This document shows, one piece after another, positions 1-10,518 of a stretch of 51,762 nucleotides of DNA. The position numbers were made by a program, and so were the translations under genes. This DNA is from an uncultured Thiotrichales bacterium (GTDB taxonomy: Bacteria > Pseudomonadota > Gammaproteobacteria > UWMA-0217): the NCBI GenBank assembly GCA_964439815.1, contig CAYTPO010000010.1:1-51762 (forward strand), given 5' to 3'. Position 1 is the stretch's first letter. The number at the start of each line of letters is the position of its first letter. The notes below the pieces were generated by a model. That model saw only the letters and a list, made by a program, of their open reading frames with translations. It was not told the origin of the DNA and ran no database searches.

Positions 1-1090
<1,090 letters not shown>

Positions 1091-1152
1091 CGAACGCATT
1101 ACATTACCATAACTGGAAGTCAGGCAGACAAATATCCTTACATCCAGCCTGC

Positions 1153-2640
1153 TCAGCCCGTATCACGCCCACCCACCAGCTTCAGCTCCTGAGGCGAAGT
1201 CTCGACTTCATCCAGAATCTTCATCAAGCGCTGCTTGGCGCCATGTGCCTGCCGCAGATGGTTGACGAAATCGGCGAACTTCGCCTGCCAGTGGTGGCGA
1301 AAGCAGAGCGCCTGCAGACGACGCAGATAGTCCTGCGCCAGCAGATAGGATTTGACACGAACTTCATTGATCAGCGATTCGATGATCCTTTCGAGAAATT
1401 CACGGCTGACCTCGGGCTGCGTCTCCACCGCTTCCTGCGCAATCCGCAGCGCCAGGTTACGCTGCCAGTGCATGCGCTCGAAACAGAGCACTGCGTAGTC
1501 GATCTCGCCTTCCTCCAGCGTGATTTCGACCAGCAACTGCAGATTCCGCTCCCTCTCCATGATCGGATGATGGTCCAGACCAAGATACAAACCGGTCGCT
1601 GGCAATGGCCAATCGGTTGCCTGATAGGGAGATTCGGCAAATTCCAGCCAGTTGAGCAGACAGGCCTGAACCACCTCCCAACACCCCGTTACCCTGGTAG
1701 CCACCCGCACCGCGCGATAACTCTGCAAGGAGGGATCGGCGAGGAATTCCTGTACCCGAAAGGCGGCAACCAGACGGGCATCCATGCTGCGCCGGGCCAG
1801 CGATACCAGATAGCGCTCCAACGCCCAGGCCACATCCGGCTCCGACTCGATCATCATCCCGAATCCCTGGCGAGCCCAGGTTTCAGCCTCCCGCTCATGA
1901 CCATGGTCCGCCAGATGATCAATCAGCTCCAGGTAGCACTGTGTGTGGGGCAGCTCGGAAATGAGCACCTCCGTAACGGCATCGACCTCCCCCATCGCCA
2001 TCAGGGCATCAGTGATCTGCTCGACCAGCTCTCCACGCTGGCATTCGGGGCCACGGTAGGCTGGCTCATCAGCGGATTGCAGCAGCTCTCCCAGGCGAAT
2101 CTGAAAATACTCGGCCGCTTCCCGCCAGTCGCGAGGTGGAAGAAAGGATTCATTCACCGGTGCCGGCAAAGACTCCAGCAGCGAGTAGTGATCCTGCAGC
2201 AGACACTCCCAATACCAGATTAGCTTGTCCACCAGACGCCAGTCGATGCGCTCCAGCGCGACAAAGACGAGTTGGGCACAGGCGGTAATCTCCGGCACCA
2301 CAGCCGATGTATCCGGCTGCCGCGCGATCTGATCCGCCCCCAGAGAGAGCAACTGTGGCGCCAGATCCAGCAGCCTGTCATGGGCACCACACTCCAGCAA
2401 CGCCGCAAATCCCCGCTGGATCGACGCAAAATCGGGTGTGGTGATACGCAGCAGCTGCCCCTGCGCCTTTTCGAGCTGCTGTCGGCGAAGGGAAGCCCGC
2501 GCCTCACGCTGCAACCGACGTTGCAAATGAATGCCCAGCACCGGATCTTCCGCAGCCAGATCCAGCAGCAGCGCTGTCAGATCCGCCTTGCTCCTGCGAC
2601 CCAGCAACTTCTCCAGAGCGGTCATGTCAGGTTTTCGCAT
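1153..2640 (-). CDS. hypothetical protein, 495 aa, Leu/Glu/Arg-rich and apparently all-alpha, with no motif I recognise
   Basis: Long ORF with coding-like composition. The antisense ORF 1243-2223 looks like a shadow frame. No signal peptide, TM segment or catalytic motif is visible. Confidence 0.6.
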   Translation of the reverse strand: MRKPDMTALEKLLGRRSKADLTALLLDLAAEDPVLGIHLQRRLQREARASLRRQQLEKAQGQLLRITTPDFASIQRGFAALLECGAHDRLLDLAPQLLSLGADQIARQPDTSAVVPEITACAQLVFVALERIDWRLVDKLIWYWECLLQDHYSLLESLPAPVNESFLPPRDWREAAEYFQIRLGELLQSADEPAYRGPECQRGELVEQITDALMAMGEVDAVTEVLISELPHTQCYLELIDHLADHGHEREAETWARQGFGMMIESEPDVAWALERYLVSLARRSMDARLVAAFRVQEFLADPSLQSYRAVRVATRVTGCWEVVQACLLNWLEFAESPYQATDWPLPATGLYLGLDHHPIMERERNLQLLVEITLEEGEIDYAVLCFERMHWQRNLALRIAQEAVETQPEVSREFLERIIESLINEVRVKSYLLAQDYLRRLQALCFRHHWQAKFADFVNHLRQAHGAKQRLMKILDEVETSPQELKLVGGRDTG

Positions 2641-2958
2641 GAATCAACGCGTCCTTGTGTTTCCCGTGCATGCAAGTTTCATGTTCATCAGCGCCGCCCC
2701 CTTGCGGCCCGTACCAGCTCGTTGGCGCATTACATGATGGCGTGAACTGTTTAACCGAAAAGAATAGTCAACATCCTCAGGGAAAGATACCGAACAGCCC
2801 GCAAAACACGCTTCACGGTAATGGGCGGCAAACAATCACTCCCACCGGCCAGCAGTTTCGGCTTTGTAAGCATTACTGATATCAGGGTAAGCTCACGACA
2901 ACCACCAATCTGTGTAAACATTACTGGCGCCCTCTCGTGCAACCGTCTGGTACCGATC

Positions 2959-4026
2959 ATGCTCGATCTGCTCAACAACCTGCTGGAACTCTGTCTCGAA
3001 GCAGCCCCCTGGCTACTGCTCGGCATGATCATCGGCGGCCTGCTCAAGGCGTGGATCCCCACCACCTTCATGGAAAGGCATCTCGGTGGGCAGGGCATCC
3101 TGCCCATCATCAAGGCGGCCATCCTGGGCGCACCCCTGCCGCTCTGCTCCTGCGGTGTCATCCCGGCTGCCCTTGGCCTGCGCAAGGCGGGGGCCTCCAA
3201 ACGCGCCACCATCTCCTTTTTGGTTTCCACACCGGAGACCGGCGTTGATTCCGTTGCCATCACCTATGCGCTGCTGGGCCCGTTCATGGCCGTGGTTCGC
3301 CCGATAGCCGCCATCTTCTCGGCGCTGGCCGCCGGATTGCTCGCCGGCCGCAGCGAAGCTGCGGCGGTGCCCATTCACGACATCCCGGTCAAGGTCACCA
3401 GCTGCTGCAGCTCAACCGAGAGTGAGGAGAGCTGCTGCGGCAGTGAAGACGGGGAATCAACGGCCGAGGGCTTCATGGCCCGGAGCCTGGATGGCCTGCG
3501 CTACAGTTTCGGGCAATTGCTGGACGATATGCTGCTGTGGCTGATCGTGGGTCTTCTTTTTGCCGCCATCATCAAGACGTTTGTCCCGGCCACCTTCATG
3601 GCTCAGTGGGGATCGGGGCTGCCCGCCATGCTGCTGATGACCGTGATTGGCATTCCCATGTATGTCTGCGCTACTGCATCGACCCCCATTGCCGCCGGAT
3701 TGATGCTGGCCGGTGTTTCTCCCGGCGTGGCACTGGTCTTTCTGATGGCAGGCCCTGCCACCAACATCTCGACTCTCGGTATCATCACCAGAGAGTTGGG
3801 CAAACAGGCCATCACTGGCTATCTGATCGGTGTCATCAGCATCGCGCTGTTGAGCGGACTGGCCGTTGACTACCTGGTGGACTACTGGCGGATCGATATT
3901 CAGGCACAGCTTTCCAGCGGGCTGGAATTCATGCCGCCCTGGATCGCCTGGACCTCGCTGATCATCATTCTGGCAGCGGCGCTCAAGCCCTTTGCATTGC
4001 ACCGCCAGTGCTCACCGCGTTCCTGA
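2959..4026 (+). CDS. two-module permease (DUF318/ArsP-type, SO_0444-like putative Cu/Zn efflux transporter) with a Cys/acidic central loop
   Basis: From internal ATG 2959: MLDLLNNLLELCLEAAPWLLLGMIIGGLLKAWIP...GAPLPLCSCGVIPAALGL. It is multi-TM with a central loop VTSCCSSTESEESCCGSEDGE, and the second half repeats the first (IGIPMYVCATASTPIAAGL). The track ORF starts at 2821, but that N-terminus is non-membrane junk. Confidence 0.65.
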   Translation: MLDLLNNLLELCLEAAPWLLLGMIIGGLLKAWIPTTFMERHLGGQGILPIIKAAILGAPLPLCSCGVIPAALGLRKAGASKRATISFLVSTPETGVDSVAITYALLGPFMAVVRPIAAIFSALAAGLLAGRSEAAAVPIHDIPVKVTSCCSSTESEESCCGSEDGESTAEGFMARSLDGLRYSFGQLLDDMLLWLIVGLLFAAIIKTFVPATFMAQWGSGLPAMLLMTVIGIPMYVCATASTPIAAGLMLAGVSPGVALVFLMAGPATNISTLGIITRELGKQAITGYLIGVISIALLSGLAVDYLVDYWRIDIQAQLSSGLEFMPPWIAWTSLIIILAAALKPFALHRQCSPRS

Positions 4027-4670
4027 TCGGTCTGTTCAGCGCCCTCCACTGCGTGGGCATGTGCGGCAGCATCATCGGTTCTCTGACGCTGAGCCTGAAG
4101 CCGGAAATACGGCAGCAGCAGTCGCTGCTCATCCTCTACGCGCTCTTCTACAGCATCGGCCGGATCATCAGCTACATGCTGGCCGGGTTGCTGGTGGGCA
4201 CACTGGGTCAGTCCATCGACCACCTCTTCAACCTCACCGAAGGACTCGACATACTGCGCATCGCCGCTGCGCTGCTGATCATCTTTCTGGGCCTGCACAT
4301 AGGCGGCTGGTTTCCGCAGCTGGCAAAGATCGAGCAGCTCGGCATCCCGCTATGGAACCGGATCAAACCCTATGCACAGCGCCTGCTGCCGGTGTCCAGC
4401 CTCACCCAGACACTGGTTTTCGGCATGATCTGGGGCTGGATTCCCTGTGGTCTGGTCTATTCCGTCCTGCCGCTTGCCCTTGCCTCCGGCAGCCCGATTG
4501 ATGCCATGCTGACAATGGCCGCATTCGGCGCAGGGACATTGCTCCCGGTTACGACTACCGGTATCCTTTCGGGATCGGTCATGACACTGCGGCGCATCCC
4601 CCATATCCAGGCCGCCGGCGGTATCCTGCTGATCATGATGGGCATCTGGAGCCTGCTCCTCGAACTCTGA
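4008..4670 (+). CDS. DsbD_2 / TauE-SafE-like 6-TM membrane protein
   Basis: N-terminal LFSALHCVGMCGSIIG motif and hydrophobic helices throughout. It overlaps the preceding permease gene by 19 nt, which suggests translational coupling. Confidence 0.55.
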   Translation: MLTAFLIGLFSALHCVGMCGSIIGSLTLSLKPEIRQQQSLLILYALFYSIGRIISYMLAGLLVGTLGQSIDHLFNLTEGLDILRIAAALLIIFLGLHIGGWFPQLAKIEQLGIPLWNRIKPYAQRLLPVSSLTQTLVFGMIWGWIPCGLVYSVLPLALASGSPIDAMLTMAAFGAGTLLPVTTTGILSGSVMTLRRIPHIQAAGGILLIMMGIWSLLLEL

Positions 4671-4686
4671 CCGGATTGACTTCTGG

Positions 4687-5673
4687 ATGATGGCAAACCG
4701 GTCCCGACTGATGACATTGAATGCCATGAACAACGCAACCCGACTACTCGGCAACGCACCAGACTTTCTAATGACAGTCCGCTCCGCCGAACTGGTTGCG
4801 GCCACCGACGTCACCACGTTGATCACAGGCGAAAGCGGTACCGGCAAGGAACTGCTGGCCCGGCATATTCACCACAACAGCCCCCGCTACGACCGTGACT
4901 TCATCGCCGTCAACTGCGCCACGCTGCAGGAGAATCTGGCCGAATCCCTGCTGTTCGGACATCGCAAGGGCGCCTTCAGCGGTGCGGATCGATCTCATCA
5001 GGGGTTCATCGCCGCCGCAGCCGGGGGCACACTGTTTCTCGATGAAGTGGCAGAGCTGCCGCTCAACGTGCAGGCCAAGCTGCTGCGCTTTCTGGAATCC
5101 GGCGAGATATGCCCTCTCGGCGAGACAGCCGCCAGACAAATCGATGCCCGGATCATTGCTGCTACCAATCGCAATCTGGCGCAGGCCGTCAGCGAGGGGC
5201 TGTTCCGGGAAGATCTCTTCTTCCGCCTCAATATCGTCCCACTGGAACTGCCGCCATTGCGCCAGCGACAAGGTGACATCCCGCTGCTGGTCGAGGCCTT
5301 CACCCGCCAGCTGGCGGAAAACCATGGTCTGCCAGCGCCCCGTTTTACCGCGGCAGTCATCAGACAACTCTCGACTTACCATTGGCCCGGCAATCTGCGC
5401 GAACTGCGCAACCTCTGTGAACGGCTACTGATCCTGTCACCGGGAAAAGCCATTGCCGTCACCAATCTGCCAACCGAGATTCGCCAGCCTGCAGAGGTAC
5501 GACAACCAGGTTTCAAACTGCCCCCACAAGGCATTCACCTCGATAGCCTGGAAACCGACTTCATCCAGCAGGCACTGGCCCAAACCCACGGCAACAAGAG
5601 CCGCGCCGCCCGGCTGCTGGGACTGACACGCGACACCCTGCTATACCGGCTGAAGAAATATGCCATCGACTGA
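4687..5673 (+). CDS. sigma-54-dependent transcriptional activator with AAA+ and Fis-type HTH only (PspF-like, no sensory domain)
   Basis: Walker A GESGTGKELLARHIH, GAFSGA loop, Walker B TLFLDEV, and C-terminal GNKSRAARLLGLTRDTLLYRLKKY. Only about 40 aa precede Walker A. Confidence 0.8.
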   Translation: MMANRSRLMTLNAMNNATRLLGNAPDFLMTVRSAELVAATDVTTLITGESGTGKELLARHIHHNSPRYDRDFIAVNCATLQENLAESLLFGHRKGAFSGADRSHQGFIAAAAGGTLFLDEVAELPLNVQAKLLRFLESGEICPLGETAARQIDARIIAATNRNLAQAVSEGLFREDLFFRLNIVPLELPPLRQRQGDIPLLVEAFTRQLAENHGLPAPRFTAAVIRQLSTYHWPGNLRELRNLCERLLILSPGKAIAVTNLPTEIRQPAEVRQPGFKLPPQGIHLDSLETDFIQQALAQTHGNKSRAARLLGLTRDTLLYRLKKYAID

Positions 5674-6142
5674 ACCACACGGTTACAGCGCCATTTGCCA
5701 TCTCAGCTATGCCACCGTGGGTATCAGAACCAATGACACCACCATCACCGGCATCGACTTTCTGCCCAGGGAGCATTCCGAACTCGACCCACAAGACCGG
5801 TTGGCGGAAAAGACCATTGCAGCATTGGCTGCCTATGGTGAAGACCCGGAGTACCACTTCCAGCTGCCCATTCAGCTCGATGGTACGGACTATCAGCGCA
5901 AAGTCTGGCGCGCTTTGCAAACCCTCGCCAGTGGCGAAACCATTACCTATGGCTCGCTGGCAAAACGGCTCCACAGCGGCGCTCGCGCCATCGGCAACGC
6001 CTGTCGCAACAATCCCATCCCGCTGATTGTCCCCTGCCACCGCGTCGTCGCCAAAAGCGGGCTCGGCGGTTTCGCCGGAGACCGCCGCGAAGGCTGGACC
6101 GAGTTGAAGAGATGGCTGCTGCACCACGAAGGGTCGCTTTGA
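5660..6142 (+). CDS. ogt: methylated-DNA--protein-cysteine methyltransferase
   Basis: Active-site motif IPLIVPCHRVV, plus TYGSLAKRL and NACRNNP blocks. 160 aa. Confidence 0.8.
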   Translation: MPSTEPHGYSAICHLSYATVGIRTNDTTITGIDFLPREHSELDPQDRLAEKTIAALAAYGEDPEYHFQLPIQLDGTDYQRKVWRALQTLASGETITYGSLAKRLHSGARAIGNACRNNPIPLIVPCHRVVAKSGLGGFAGDRREGWTELKRWLLHHEGSL

Positions 6143-6363
6143 AAAAGCTCTTTACCCACCACGACCCGATGATCGCCGGGTACCTGCATGCCACGCTGGA
6201 ATCCAGCGGCATCGATGCCATCATCAAGAACGGTTATCTCAGCGGCGCACTCGGAGAACTCCCGATCACCACCGCATGGCCCGAGGTGTGGGTGGTCCAC
6301 GATGAAACGTTCGACCGCGCCCGGCAGATACTCAGGGACACGCTACCCGATGAAGCACTGTAA
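6139..6363 (+). CDS. DUF2007-type small protein
   Basis: (M)KKLFTHHDPMIAGYLHATLESSGIDAIIKNGYLSG...WPEVWVVHDETFDRARQIL. The likely TTG start at 6139 overlaps the ogt stop (TTGA). The track ORF starts at 6112. Confidence 0.5.
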   Translation: MKKLFTHHDPMIAGYLHATLESSGIDAIIKNGYLSGALGELPITTAWPEVWVVHDETFDRARQILRDTLPDEAL

Positions 6364-6403
6364 AAATATCACTCAAACCATCACCGACACTGATGCGAAA
6401 GAC

Positions 6404-7618
6404 TCAGTCCCGCCGCAGTGACTCACTCACGCCGATCGGTGTGGGGTATTTCAGCACGATCAAATAGGGCGATACGAGGAATGTCAGCAGTGTTGCCGCC
6501 TGAACCAGGTAGGCCGCCTGCTGGCTGATCAATCCGCTGGATAATGCCAGTACGGAGATCAGCAGGGAAAATTCGCTGATCTGTCCGAGACGAAAGCCGA
6601 TTTCCAGCCCACGCGCCCTGGTTTCCCCGAGGCGCTGCAGCAGGAGGCGAAAGACCAAGGGCTTGAGCAACAACATCGCACCCGCCAGCACCAGTGCCGC
6701 CGCCAGCACTTGTGGCATCATCGCCAGATCGATACTGGCACCCAGGGCAAAGAAGAACAGCACCAGAAAGAAATCCCGCAGGGGTTTCAGGCTTTCGGCA
6801 ATAAAGGTGGCTGCCGGATTGGCCGCCAGGGCAACACCGGCAATAAAGGCTCCCATTTCCGCCGAGAGCCCCATCCATGCGGCCAGTTCCGAAATTCCCA
6901 GGCACCAGCCGATCACCAGCAGAAAGGCATACTCCTGAATGGTATCGAAGCGCAGAAGCAGACGCCGGATCACCTGCTCCTGCACGACTCTGGCAAACAA
7001 CACCAGCATGGGCAGACCGATCAGGAACAGGAGCAGACGCAGCGGCGAGGTCTCCCCCAACCCATAGGCCTTGATGAATAGCAGACAGACTACTGCGGCG
7101 ATATCCTGCAGCAGCAGGATGCTGATGATCACGCCACCGGTATGCTGATGATGCAGCACCGAGGTCGGCAGTAGCTTGAGCCCCAGAATGGTGCTGGAGA
7201 ACATCATCGAGATCGCGATGACGACAACATCCCAGCCGGAAAACCCGAACATCAGGGTAATTCCGGCCGCTACCAGCATGAAGACCACGCTGCTTGCCAC
7301 CGTTACCGTCAACATGCGCCCGAACAGCGAGAACATCTTCTGCGGATGCAGGTTCAGGCCAAGCAGGAACAGCAGAAAGATAATGCCGATCTCGGCAATA
7401 CCGGAGAGGAAGGTGGTATCCGGTACCAGCGAAAGCACCGAGGGACCAAACAGGATGCCGAGAACGATATAGGCCACCACCAGCGCCTGGCGGGCAAACA
7501 GCGCCATCGTTGCCAGCACGGCTGTACCGGAGAAAATCAGGAACAGTTGAAATACGACAGATTCTTCCAAGGCCTCTCCCAAGCGTGGCATATCCCGCAA
7601 TGCCTGCTGCTCCGACAT
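6404..7618 (-). CDS. cation:proton antiporter (CPA2/Kef-type membrane domain, no TrkA-N domain)
   Basis: About 12 hydrophobic helices (LGILFGPSVLSL, GLELGFRLGQISEFSLL-type blocks). Start set at the internal ATG giving MSEQQALRDMPRLGEALEES. The 58 codons upstream in the track ORF look non-coding. Confidence 0.75.
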   Translation of the reverse strand: MSEQQALRDMPRLGEALEESVVFQLFLIFSGTAVLATMALFARQALVVAYIVLGILFGPSVLSLVPDTTFLSGIAEIGIIFLLFLLGLNLHPQKMFSLFGRMLTVTVASSVVFMLVAAGITLMFGFSGWDVVVIAISMMFSSTILGLKLLPTSVLHHQHTGGVIISILLLQDIAAVVCLLFIKAYGLGETSPLRLLLFLIGLPMLVLFARVVQEQVIRRLLLRFDTIQEYAFLLVIGWCLGISELAAWMGLSAEMGAFIAGVALAANPAATFIAESLKPLRDFFLVLFFFALGASIDLAMMPQVLAAALVLAGAMLLLKPLVFRLLLQRLGETRARGLEIGFRLGQISEFSLLISVLALSSGLISQQAAYLVQAATLLTFLVSPYLIVLKYPTPIGVSESLRRD

Positions 7619-7797
7619 CCGGTTGTTGTATCGCAGCGGCCATCCCGGCGAGTGTGCTAATCGGGAATGTGTCGAAAAATCAGGCGGTTGAAAGGAATCA
7701 GTATGACACACCAAACCGTGGACAACGGGCAGAATCCGCACTTGGGGAAATCCTCCCATCGGGCACGACCAAAAGTGTGTGATATGCCACACTATTC

Positions 7798-7811
7798 TTA
7801 ACCTATATCAA
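7798..7811 (+). promoter_or_regulatory. candidate FNR/DNR-family box upstream of nosZ
   Basis: TTAAC-CTAT-ATCAA matches the TTGAT-N4-ATCAA consensus at 8/10 positions. CAGAAT/GAATAT -10-like hexamers lie about 30 nt downstream. The box is 102 nt upstream of the nosZ ATG. Confidence 0.3.
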
Positions 7812-7912
7812 TCCCTCTGCCCTGCAAATAGCGCAGAATATTTTTCATAACCGTGGGTTCTACATGGTTAATCGCTTTTCAAACCCATACCTCATCAACC
7901 GAGAGAAGAGAG

Positions 7913-10204
7913 ATGCAATTCAAATCCAAAAAAGTCCTGACAGCGCTGACGGGCCTTGGACTGACGCTGGCGGCATCCGGCGCATGGTCCCAGTCGACGC
8001 TCGAAGACGTCATGAAAGAACGGGGATTGACCCAGAAAGATGTCCTTGCTGCAGCAAAGACCTATGTCCCCACCGGCAAACGTGATGAATACATTGTCGT
8101 CAGTTCCGGCGGCCAGAGTGGACAGCTGATCATCTACGGCGTCCCTTCCATGCGGATTCTCAAAGTGCTTGCCGTATTCACACCCGAACCTTGGCAGGGT
8201 TACGGCTTTGACGACGAGTCGAAAGCCATCCTGGCCCAGGGCAAGATCCGGGGCAAGGATATCGTTTTTGGAGATACCCACCACCCGGCATTCTCTGAAA
8301 CCGAGGGCGACTATGACGGCCGCTATGTCTTCATCAACGACAAGGCCAACCCACGGGTAGCCGTCATCGACCTGCACGATTTCGAAACCAAGCAGATCGT
8401 CGTCAATCCCTTCTTCAAGTCCGATCACGGTGGCGCCTTCGTCACACCCAATACCGAATACATCATGGAAGCCTCGCAATATGCGGCGCCTCTGAGCAAT
8501 GATTTCGTTCCGCTGGAAAAATTCAATGACAAGTATCGCGGCGGCCTGACCTACTGGAGCTTCGACAAGGAAAAGGGACGCATCGTTCCGGACAACTCCT
8601 TTACCTTCGAGTTCGGCCCCTACAGTCAGGATTTGTCTGACGCCGGCAAGGGCCCGAGCTACGGCTGGGGTTTCACCAACTCCTTCTGCTCCGAGCGTTA
8701 TGTCGGTGGTATCGAGAAGGGACGCCCTCCGTTCGAGGCGGGCTGCTCTTCCAAGGATACCGACTTCCTGCATGTCACCAACTGGAAGAAGGCCGAAGAG
8801 CTGGTCAAGGCCGGCAAGGTTAAGAAGGTCAATGGTCAGTATCTGATCACGCTGGAACAGTCCATCAAGGAAGGCCTGCTCTATCTGATTCCCGAACCCA
8901 AGAGTCCGCACGGTGTTGATGTAACGCCAGACGGTTCACGTCTGATCGTGGCCGGCAAGCTCGACAGCCATGCCTGGGTCTACAGCTTCGACAAGATCAT
9001 GAAAGCGATCAAGGATAAGAAATTCGAAGGCAAGGATCCCTATGGCGTCCCCATCATCTCGCTGAAGGATGCGCTGGACAAGTCCGTGAACGTTGGTCTG
9101 GGGCCACTGCACAGCCAGTTCGACTCCAAGGAATGCGTGGTCTACACCTCGATCTATGTCGATTCCATGATCACCAAGTGGGACTACTGCAAGGGCAAGG
9201 TGCTTGACCAGTTGCCCATCCACTACAACGTCGGCCACCTGATGACCATGGAAGGCGATACCGTCAAGCCTGACGGCAAGTACTTGGTTGCCTTGAACAA
9301 GTTGTCCATCGACCGCTTCAACCCCATTGGCCCTCTGCATCCTCAGAACCACCAGCTGATCGACATCAGTGGCGACAAGATGGAACTGCTCTATGACATG
9401 CCCATCGGCATGGGTGAGCCGCACTATGCCGCTGCCATCAAGGCCGACAAGCTGAAGCCTGCCGTTCGTTACCGTTCCGGTTGGGACAGCCGCAGTGATG
9501 GCAAGTCTCCGTTCAAGACTCGCGCCGGTCGCGAGAAAGTGGAACGCAACGGCAACAAGGTTGACGTTTACGGTACACTGATTCGTTCGCACATCACGCC
9601 CGAGATCATCGAAGTGACCGAAGGTGATACTGTCTCCATGCACTTCACCAACCTGGAACGTGCCGAAGACGAAACACACGGTTTCTCCATGTACGGTCAG
9701 AACGTGCAGCTTTCTGTCGAACCCGGCAAGACGGCATCAACGACCTTTGTAGCAGATCAAGCCGGGGTTTTCCCTTACTACTGCACTGAGTTCTGCTCCG
9801 CATTACACCTCGAAATGCAGGGCTATCTGCTCGTGAAACCCAAGGGTTATGTCGCTGAGGCCGGTGAAATGGTTGAAGGTACCACCTACACCAAGGCCGA
9901 CTACGAGAAACAGGTCAAGACCAATCTCGATACGCAGGCGGTTATCGATCAGGTTGTCGGATTCATCACCAGTCACAACTACAAGGACTTCCCAACGGTT
10001 GTAGGTCTGGTTGAAGATGCTACCGACCAGCTTGGATTTGCCGATGGTGCTCGCAAGAAAGCCGAAGCAGCCGCAGCGAAGGAAGACTGGAACAACGCCA
10101 TGCTCTGGGCCAACCAGTGGTGGCAGTACCAGGTCAAGACTGCCGATCTCGGATTGCGTGCCAAGACGCATCTGGAAGAAAACGGTGCCAAAAAAGTCAA
10201 ATAA
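7913..10204 (+). CDS. nosZ: nitrous-oxide reductase NosZ, clade II-type (Sec signal peptide), with a haem-less C-terminal extension
   Basis: MQFKSKKVLTALTGLGLTLAASGAWSQ is a signal peptide without a twin arginine. It also has GDTHHP, beta-propeller blocks, and the CuA site YYCTEFCSALHLEMQGYLLV. The ATG at 7913 is preceded by GAGAAGAGAG. About 115 aa follow the CuA site and contain no CxxCH. Confidence 0.92.
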   Translation: MQFKSKKVLTALTGLGLTLAASGAWSQSTLEDVMKERGLTQKDVLAAAKTYVPTGKRDEYIVVSSGGQSGQLIIYGVPSMRILKVLAVFTPEPWQGYGFDDESKAILAQGKIRGKDIVFGDTHHPAFSETEGDYDGRYVFINDKANPRVAVIDLHDFETKQIVVNPFFKSDHGGAFVTPNTEYIMEASQYAAPLSNDFVPLEKFNDKYRGGLTYWSFDKEKGRIVPDNSFTFEFGPYSQDLSDAGKGPSYGWGFTNSFCSERYVGGIEKGRPPFEAGCSSKDTDFLHVTNWKKAEELVKAGKVKKVNGQYLITLEQSIKEGLLYLIPEPKSPHGVDVTPDGSRLIVAGKLDSHAWVYSFDKIMKAIKDKKFEGKDPYGVPIISLKDALDKSVNVGLGPLHSQFDSKECVVYTSIYVDSMITKWDYCKGKVLDQLPIHYNVGHLMTMEGDTVKPDGKYLVALNKLSIDRFNPIGPLHPQNHQLIDISGDKMELLYDMPIGMGEPHYAAAIKADKLKPAVRYRSGWDSRSDGKSPFKTRAGREKVERNGNKVDVYGTLIRSHITPEIIEVTEGDTVSMHFTNLERAEDETHGFSMYGQNVQLSVEPGKTASTTFVADQAGVFPYYCTEFCSALHLEMQGYLLVKPKGYVAEAGEMVEGTTYTKADYEKQVKTNLDTQAVIDQVVGFITSHNYKDFPTVVGLVEDATDQLGFADGARKKAEAAAAKEDWNNAMLWANQWWQYQVKTADLGLRAKTHLEENGAKKVK

Positions 10205-10220
10205 TCTTTGACCTCTCGAT

Positions 10221-10258
10221 GGCGGAGTCGGACACTGGTCTGGCTCCGCCTTTTTTTT
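10221..10258 (+). terminator. rho-independent terminator after nosZ
   Basis: GGCGGAG...CTCCGCC stem followed by T8. Confidence 0.75.
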
Positions 10259-10518
10259 GTATTGGTGACTACTCTGCTTGCCCCTGAAACCCACCATCTC
10301 TGCGTTGGAAAAATGGCCGTTTACCTTTGTAAAACCCCTTTTCTGGCCTTGATCTGGCGAACCTCGGAGGCGATCCAGGCAGCGATGACACTCATTGCCT
10401 GCTTGCGGAGCAGATATTTTTTTATTCTGATATCGCCAATCAGTCGCGTAGCGATATTCAGACTGCATTCAGATTCTCTCATCCACACTCAATATTCCCT
10501 TCATTCGAGGAACTACCC

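Noticed and set aside
2925-2941. Sigma-54-like element TGGCGC-N-GTGCA upstream of the permease gene.
   Set aside because: The GG-to-GC spacing is 13 nt instead of the strict 12 nt, and the element ends only about 18 nt before the ATG, leaving no room for a leader and RBS.
7895-8911. 338-aa ORF antisense to nosZ. Similar long shadow ORFs occur at 1243-2223, 6423-7643, 12050-13012, 18018-18716, 32327-33073, 41728-42699 and 48479-49195.
   Set aside because: Each lies opposite to, or out of frame with, a gene that has strong family motifs. Their translations are Arg/Gly/Ala/His-rich low-information sequence typical of GC-rich shadow frames, and none has a plausible RBS or start context.
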